This document shows positions 48,070-54,384 of a stretch of 54,384 nucleotides of DNA, one piece after another (positions within the stretch are counted from its first letter, which is position 1; every line of letters begins with the position of its first letter). This DNA comes from Octopus sinensis (lineage: Eukaryota), in contig NW_021834160.1 of NCBI RefSeq assembly GCF_006345805.1, forward strand, positions 1 to 54,384. Direction: 5' to 3'. The translations under genes were made by a program, and so were the position numbers. Under the pieces are notes generated by a model. The model saw only the letters and a program-made list of their open reading frames with translations. It was not told the DNA's origin and made no database searches.

Positions 48070-48175
48070 AGCGTGTACCAGACTTTGTGGATTGTCTATA
48101 TCTATTGCTTACGAACTTAGCTCTCAGTTTAATTATTCTGAAATAATCGATGATTTCACGAAGAGAAAAGTGAGT
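48070..48175 (+). mobile_element. hAT transposase C-terminal remnant
   Basis: RLCGLSISIAYELSSQFNYSEIIDDFTKRK resembles the end of the hAT dimerisation domain (RL.GL..lSIE.E......IIDDFA..K). Confidence 0.55.
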
Positions 48176-48243
48176 GGATTTGGTAGACAAACTAAAATAA
48201 ACCCATCATACATAAATATATATATATATTATATGTATATATA

Positions 48244-48275
<32 letters not shown>

Positions 48276-48312
48276 TATGTATATATATATATATATTATA
48301 TGTATGTATGTA

Positions 48313-48364
<52 letters not shown>

Positions 48365-48374
48365 ATATATATAT

Positions 48375-48480
48375 AATATTCATATAAAAATACAGTGTAC
48401 ATTTAAACACATAAGAGATGTCCTGTTATGGCTATCTCTTATGTATTTAAATGTACACTGTATTTTAATATGAATGATAT
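48375..48480. mobile_element. About 105-nt hairpin MITE-like element
   Basis: ATTCATATAAAAATACAGTGTACATTTAAA.ACATAAGAGAT ... ATCTCTTATGT.TTTAAATGTACACTGTATTTT.ATATGAAT. Confidence 0.75.
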
Positions 48481-48559
48481 ATAGTCTTTTGACTAGTTTT
48501 TTTCTTCTCGATAGAACACTGTTAGCAAAGAAATTTTCTAAATTTTTTGCTACCCTGAA

Positions 48560-48591
<32 letters not shown>

Positions 48592-48596
<5 letters not shown>

Positions 48597-49455
48597 GGTG
48601 TGGTGAATAAACTGTTGTTTAAGTTGCACAAAAATGAAAATAACACTGACATCTTATTTTAACAGATATATTTACCTAAATTACATGAAAATATCTTGAA
48701 ATACTAAGAGTAATTTATTCAATAAAATCGTCATTGGTATCAACCACAGTCTCTAGATGATTTTGGAATCTCCTGCAACTCTTCTAGATAGTCTCCTAGT
48801 TGAAGTTGGTGAATGCTGCCATACTCCTTGCCTTCAGTTCATCTTTGGTGTTACAAGGAGTTTTGTTGGTCTCTCACTTAACTGTGCCCCACACATAATA
48901 ATCAAGGGGTTGCAGTCTAGGAAGTTAGGTGACCGGATGTTAGGGGTGATGTGGCCACAGAAATTGTGTAACAATCATGACTGGGTTCTCCTAGTTGTGT
49001 GGCATGGTGCAGAGTCCTGTTGCCAGACATAGGGTCTTCCAGCCACCCTCTTCACCCAGGGCAGCACTACCTCCTCCAGGCACTTGATGTAAGCCTCTGT
49101 GTCTGAGGCTGTGTGGGAAGATGAATGGAAGCATAACATCACCATCACTAGAGATCACTTCAAACACCATAATGTTGACTGGATGTTTGATTTTTATCAT
49201 TCTCAGAACATGTCCTCAGATTGACACCCAAACACTCTGAAATATTTGTATTGGAGCTTTCAGCACAAATGCCAAGCAGTATGGCATGTCATTTCCAAAT
49301 TTCTGGCAGAGTGAATTGTGTCATGGTGCTGTTTTTCTCACAGACGGTGCCCAACTGACCCTACAATACTGTGTAGTCAACAAAATCAAAAACAAACAGT
49401 GTGTATGCATGAAATTAAAAATATAAAATGCTAAATATTTGCCCATCACACCCTG
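48592..49455 (-). mobile_element. Decayed Tc1/mariner element of the DD37D (maT) type
   Basis: Minus translation KHPVNIMVF.VI.SDG...GRPYVWQQDSAPCH...DCNPLD(Y)YVWG with 37 residues between the last two Asp after frameshift correction. TIR-like CAG(A)GGGTGTG.TG at both ends. Confidence 0.75.
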
Positions 49456-49851
49456 TATTTGTATATATTTATTATATTAAAGAGAACAGGAAAGACCCTT
49501 CTCCAACATGCTGAAAGAAGATACCAGAGGCGCTAAAATTACCCTGTGTAATTCCTACAAAACATGGGTTGTGAGTGAGCAAATGAAAAATACAAAATAA
49601 AACTTCACCATTAATTGTGTATTGCGTCCAATTTCGAGATTAAAGCTACATTAAAAGAGCTACATTACCTACAAGGTTTTATTTCATATTGGCCACTTGA
49701 ATATAATCCTTAACAAGATTTTATTCTGAATTCTATTACAAATATGGTGGTGGCTGCCCCCTTGTTATCGAGTATGGCCATTGCACGAAGCTTAATCAAT
49801 GTTGTTATCCACCTCATCACATCTTAGTTCAAATATATTCAGATATATTCA

Positions 49852-50260
49852 GGCGCAGGAGTGGCTGTGTGGTAAGTAGCTTGCTAACCAACCACATGGT
49901 CCCGGGTTCAGTCCCACTGCGTGGCATCTTGGGCAAGTGTCTTCTGCTATAGCCCCGGGCCGACCAATGCCTTGTGAGTGGATTTGGTAGACGGAAACTG
50001 AAAGAAGCCTGTCGTATATATATATATATTATATATATATATATATGTATGTGTGTGTTTGTGTGTCTGTGTTTGTCCCCCTAGCATTGCTTGACAACCG
50101 ATGCTGGTGTGTTTACGTCCCCGTAACTTAGCGGTTCGGCAAAGGAGACTGATAGAATAAGTATTGGGCTTACAAAGAATAAGTCCCGGGGTCGATTTGC
50201 TCGACTAAAGGCGGTGCTCCAGCATGGCCGCAGTCAAATGACTGAAACAAGTAAAGAGTA
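49852..50260 (+). mobile_element. Full-length SINE family A
   Basis: Family match. Confidence 0.85.
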
Positions 50261-50437
50261 TATGTGTAAAGATATGTGTGTGTTTGAATTTATTTGTCCC
50301 TCATCCACTGCTTGACAACCGATGCTGGTTTGTTAGTGCCCCTTTAACTTAGTTGTTTGGCAAAAGAGACTGATAGAATAAGTACCAGACTTTAAAAAAA
50401 ATAGTATTTAACTTTCAAAAAAGCTTTCATCACTCAC

Positions 50438-50482
50438 CTCATGGAGACAGAAAAAGGCAAAGAATTTGGTGATGGTTTCCTT
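50438..50482 (-). CDS. Candidate 45-nt internal coding exon (KETITKFFAFFCLHE), host gene unidentified
   Basis: Minus strand ATATTCTTTCACAG| acceptor, open phase 0-0 frame and GAG|GTGAGT donor, in unique sequence. Confidence 0.5.
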
Positions 50483-50644
50483 CTGTGAAAGAATATGTTG
50501 TCAAAAGTTCATTTCTTTTTCATACATTTGTTCCGTATATCTGTGACCCTTTTCCAGGATTCTTTTTTTTTTTTAGTATTACACCTGTCTCAGGAGACAA
50601 GAGTAATACTAAGAAAATACCATTGTTGAGGATAAAATTAGCAT

Positions 50645-50990
50645 GCTAGTGCCACCTTGACTGGCTTCTGTGCCAGTGGCACATAAAAAGCACCAACCAA
50701 TCATGGCCGTTGCCAGCCTCCCCTGGCCCCGTGCCGGTGGCACATAAAAATCACCAACCTATCGTGACCGTTGCCAGCCTCCCTAGGCACCTGTGCTGGT
50801 GGCACGTAAAAAGCACCCACTACACTCACGGAGTGGTTGGTGTTAGGAAGGGCATCCAGCTGAAGGAACACTGCCAGATCAGATTGAAGCCTGGTGCAGC
50901 CTTCTGGCTTCCCAGACCCCGATTGAACTGTCCAACCCATGCTAGCCTGGAAAATGGACGTTAAACAATGATAATGATGATGATGATGAT
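50645..50990 (+). mobile_element. SINE-like family C
   Basis: Family match with a (GAT)n tail. Confidence 0.75.
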
Positions 50991-51689
50991 ATAAGAGCCC
51001 CTATTTTGTTTATAGGACCCAGGGTGATTTCTTTGAGATATATTTTTTGTATGCTATCTGCTAGGGTATTTATTTTATTTTTGCTATTACTCTTGTCTTG
51101 TGAGACGGGTGTAATACTAAAAAGAAAAGATCCTAGAAAAAAGGCCACAGAACTATGTAAGAAAAATATGGAAAAGAAATCCAGACAGCCCCTTCTATTT
51201 AGCCTGACACCACACCAGCACTCATGCAAGTGGCTGAGATCACCTCAGACACTCGTACACTTAACCTAGCTCTCAGAGAGATTCAGTGTGACTTAGAATG
51301 AGACAGGGCTGGTCTTTGAAATACAAACACTACTAATTTTTGCCAGCTGAGTGAACATGTATTGCCTACAGTAGACCAAAAAGTACTGCCCCTTTCAAAG
51401 TGCCACCCTACTGCCCCTCCCTCCTCAGCTACACTAGTGGGCAGGCTTGCCCTATTGCTGGGAAGTTTCTGACATTTTATGTCCAGAGTTCAAATCATGC
51501 CAGGGTTATCTTTGCCTTTTATTCCTCTAGGGTCAATAAGACAAAGTACTTGTCTAGCAATAGGATCCATGATATTGACTAACCCCTCCCCTCAAATTTG
51601 ATGGCCTTTTACATAAATTAGAAAAATTTGTCTTAAACCAGGACTGCCATGTTATGTTGGCAAACAATCTTTACTCCAAAGTACTTTAT

Positions 51690-52100
51690 TTCTTTATTAC
51701 CCACAAGGGGCTAAACATAGAGGGGACAAACAAGGACAGACAAAGGGATTAAGTGGATTACATGGATCCCAGTGAGTAACTGGTATTTAATTTATCGACC
51801 CTGAAAGGTTGAAAGGCAAAGTTGACCTTGGTGGAATTTAAACTCAGAACGTAACGGCAGACGAAATACCTATTTCTTTACTACCCACAAGGAGCTAAAC
51901 ATAGAGGGAACAAACAAGAACAGATAAAGGGATTAAGTCGATTACATGGCCCCCAAGCACGTAAATGGTACTTAATTTATTGACCCCGAAAAGATGAAAG
52001 GCAAAGTCGTCCTCTGCGGAATTTGAACTCAGAACGTAACGGCAGACGAAATACCGCTATTTCACCTGGCGTGGTAACGCTTCTGCCAACTCACCACCTT
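51690..52100 (-). mobile_element. SINE family B dimer
   Basis: Two tandem units in reverse. Confidence 0.8.
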
Positions 52101-52686
52101 ACTCCAAAGTACTGTTGCTGAATATCTCTCGTTGTGAGATTTACAAATAGTAATTTTCTAAATTAGAAACCGTTTCATGTTCTGAGTTCAAATCCTACTG
52201 TGGTAATTTTTGCCTTTTATCCCTCTGGAGCGGTGGTGTGGGGGTCGATGAAATAAAGTACCAGTCATATATTGGGCTCAAAGGGTATTAAACTAACCAC
52301 CCCTTTCCTCAAATCTGAAGTCTTGTGCCTAAATTAGAAACCGTTATACAGAAGGTGGTAATTCAGACATAAAATAAAGTTCTGGGGTCAATTTATTTGA
52401 CTAACCTTATAGCAAGGCGGTGCTCCAGCATGGTCATAGTCCAATTGTGTGAAAGTAGTAAAATAGTAAACGGAAATTATTCACAAAAAAAGAAAAATTG
52501 AAAAAGAATTCTTTCTTAAAATGGCCTCACCTAGCTAACACGACGGTGCTCCAGCATGGCCATAGTCCAACGAAGTAAAACAAATTAACAAGTAAAGAAA
52601 TAGCTTACACTTAACAAGTAAAAAAAATAGCTTACACTAACAAATTTTCAAAAAAGAATTACAAAATAAAAAAAATAAAAAATATG

Positions 52687-52758
52687 AGGTCTCACCGAGA
52701 CTTGAACTCGGATCGCTGGATTCAAAGTCCAGAGTGCTAACCATTACACCATGAGACC
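52687..52758 (-). tRNA. tRNA-Gln-TTG: tRNA-Gln (anticodon TTG)
   Basis: 72 nt GGTCTCATGGTGTAATGGTTAGCACTCTGGACTTTGAATCCAGCGATCCGAGTTCAAGTCTCGGTGAGACCT. All stems pair, and a T-run terminator follows immediately. Confidence 0.95.
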
Positions 52759-53312
52759 ACTCCTGGCAGCGGCGCCCAAATTAAACTAGTTGTTCAGAAA
52801 CAAGAACCTGTCAGCTGCTCGCTCTGCTTGTTTTGAAATTCTGTATCTTTTATCTTCGCTATCTTTTCTTCTGTTCATTTATTTTTTATTGTTGTTGGTT
52901 GCTAGGCTGGTGTTGTTGATATAATCTCCATAGTAACAGTAACAGAGTGGTTGATGTTTCGAGTCCTGTTTTCGGAGCAATTAGAGCAGTTAATTGATTC
53001 GTTTAGCTTTTGTTGTATTTATTAATACGGGGTGTATAGCGAATGTAGGTACTTAGTCACATTTACTGTACATGGACATAAAAACACGGATAGACATGTA
53101 CATGCGTACACACACATACACATACATACGCTCATGCATGCTCTTACACACGCACCTACACGTACACACATATATATAAATATACGCACGAGCAGGAATA
53201 CACACATACAGAGTGAGGCAGTGATACAAATACACATACACATACATATACACACACATTTCAACACATACACACCGACACACATATACGTGGATAAATA
53301 TACAGAAAGAGG

Positions 53313-53352
<40 letters not shown>

Positions 53353-53471
53353 GGTGCTATTTAAGAAGCACCGCTCTTGCTAGTCGCGACTAGTCGATCC
53401 TACAACGATAACCTAGCAAAGTAAAATAAAACACAAAATAAATAATCTTTTTAAACAAAGTAAATAAAAAG

Positions 53472-53945
53472 AGTGGCTGCGTGGTAAGTAGCTTGCTTAC
53501 CAACCACATGGTTCCGGGTTCATTCCCACTGCGTGGCACCTTGGGCAAATGTCTTCTACTATAGCCTTGGGCCGACCAAAGCCTTGTGAGTGGATTTGGT
53601 AGACGGAAACTGAAAGAAGCCTGTCATATATATGTATATATATATAGGAAAGAGACTGCAGCCATGCTGGAGCACAACCTTTAGTCGAGCAAATTGACTC
53701 CAGGACTTATTCTTTGTAAGCCTAGTACTTATTCTATCGGTCTCTTTTGCCAAACGGTTAAGTTACGGGGACGTAAACACACCACCATCGGTTGTCAAGC
53801 GATGTTCGGGGGGGGGGAACATAAACACAGACACACAAACATATACATACACAAAAGAGACCGATAGAATAAGTACTAGGGTTACAAAGAATAAGTCCTG
53901 GAGTCAATATGCTCGACTAAAGGCGGTGCTCCAGCATGGCCTCGG
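53472..53945. mobile_element. Rearranged SINE family A (plus 5' half, inverted 3' half, plus tail)
   Basis: Orientation switches at about 53650 and 53845. Confidence 0.7.
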
Positions 53946-53954
53946 TCTCTTTCC

Positions 53955-54086
53955 TAACTAACCCTAACTCTAACCCTAACCCTAAAACATATTGAAATGC
54001 AATAGATCGATACTAGGGTCATAATTATGGGTGACAATTTCATATGACACCGCTAGAAAAAACTGCCGTTCAAACCGAAAAGATCC
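53955..54086 (-). mobile_element. Partial GGATC-TIR MITE with CCCTAA repeats
   Basis: CTAACCCTAACTCTAACCCTAACCCTAAAAC...AAAAACTGCCGTTCAAACCGAAAAGATCC. Confidence 0.8.
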
Positions 54087-54384
54087 CGGTGCCCCAGCAT
54101 GGCTGCAGTCAAAATGACTGGAGCGAATAAAAGGAAAAAAAAGGGAATTAAAGAAAGAAAAGAAAAAGAACGGGCGGAAGAAAGGAAGTGAGTGAAGAGA
54201 GGAAGAAAGAAAAAGAAAGAGGGAAAAACGGAGAAACCAAAGGGAAAAGGAAAGAAGGCGAGAAGGAGGAAGAAAGGTAGAGGGGGAGAGAATGAAGGAA
54301 AGATAGAGAGGAAAGGAAGATGTGCCTACGTGTGTGTGAAAGTGTTTGTATTGGGATCTGTGGGTAGGCGGCGAGCTGGCAGAG

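Noticed and set aside
49490-49570. Plus-strand 81-nt open segment ending at a GTGAGT donor (ERPFSNMLKEDTRGAKITLCNSYKTWV)
   Set aside because: The acceptor is purine-rich with no pyrimidine tract, no family was recognised, and it conflicts with the stronger minus-strand exon nearby.

Overview
AT-rich, repeat-saturated eukaryotic genomic DNA, most likely from an octopus or other coleoid cephalopod. That assignment is an inference from the tRNA-derived SINE families and the very long TATG, TCTA, TA and GAT microsatellites. There is no prokaryotic system, CRISPR array or rRNA. Gene-level content is sparse. It comprises an intact single-exon ORF for a short SRRM2/Cwc21-like splicing factor (44729-45598, minus) with a likely 5'UTR intron and a YY1-motif promoter, two canonical tRNA genes (Arg-TCT 30557-30629 plus; Gln-TTG 52687-52758 minus), and a CENP-V/GFA-domain sequence only partly shown by the ORF track (about 2044-3114, minus). 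The CENP-V sequence has an in-frame TGA exactly at a conserved Cys and is split by SINE insertions. A few isolated exon-like segments may belong to unidentified spliced genes. The rest is four SINE families (labelled A-D here, some as tandem multimers), 3' fragments of CR1-like, RTE and R4/Dong-like LINEs, two non-autonomous Helitrons, a DD37D maT/mariner remnant, hAT and mariner MITEs, and an abundant GGATC-ended MITE family with 8-bp target duplications and internal TTAGGG tracts, including a foldback derivative. Nearly all long ORFs in the supplied track are artefacts of simple repeats. I did not find convincing evidence of a wholly new biological system. The best leads are the TGA-for-Cys CENP-V copy, the short intronless SRRM2 paralogue, a visible LINE/SINE shared tail, and the MITE, foldback and hairpin structures. 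Repeat boundaries are approximate (about +/-20 bp) unless TIR or TSD positions are given.
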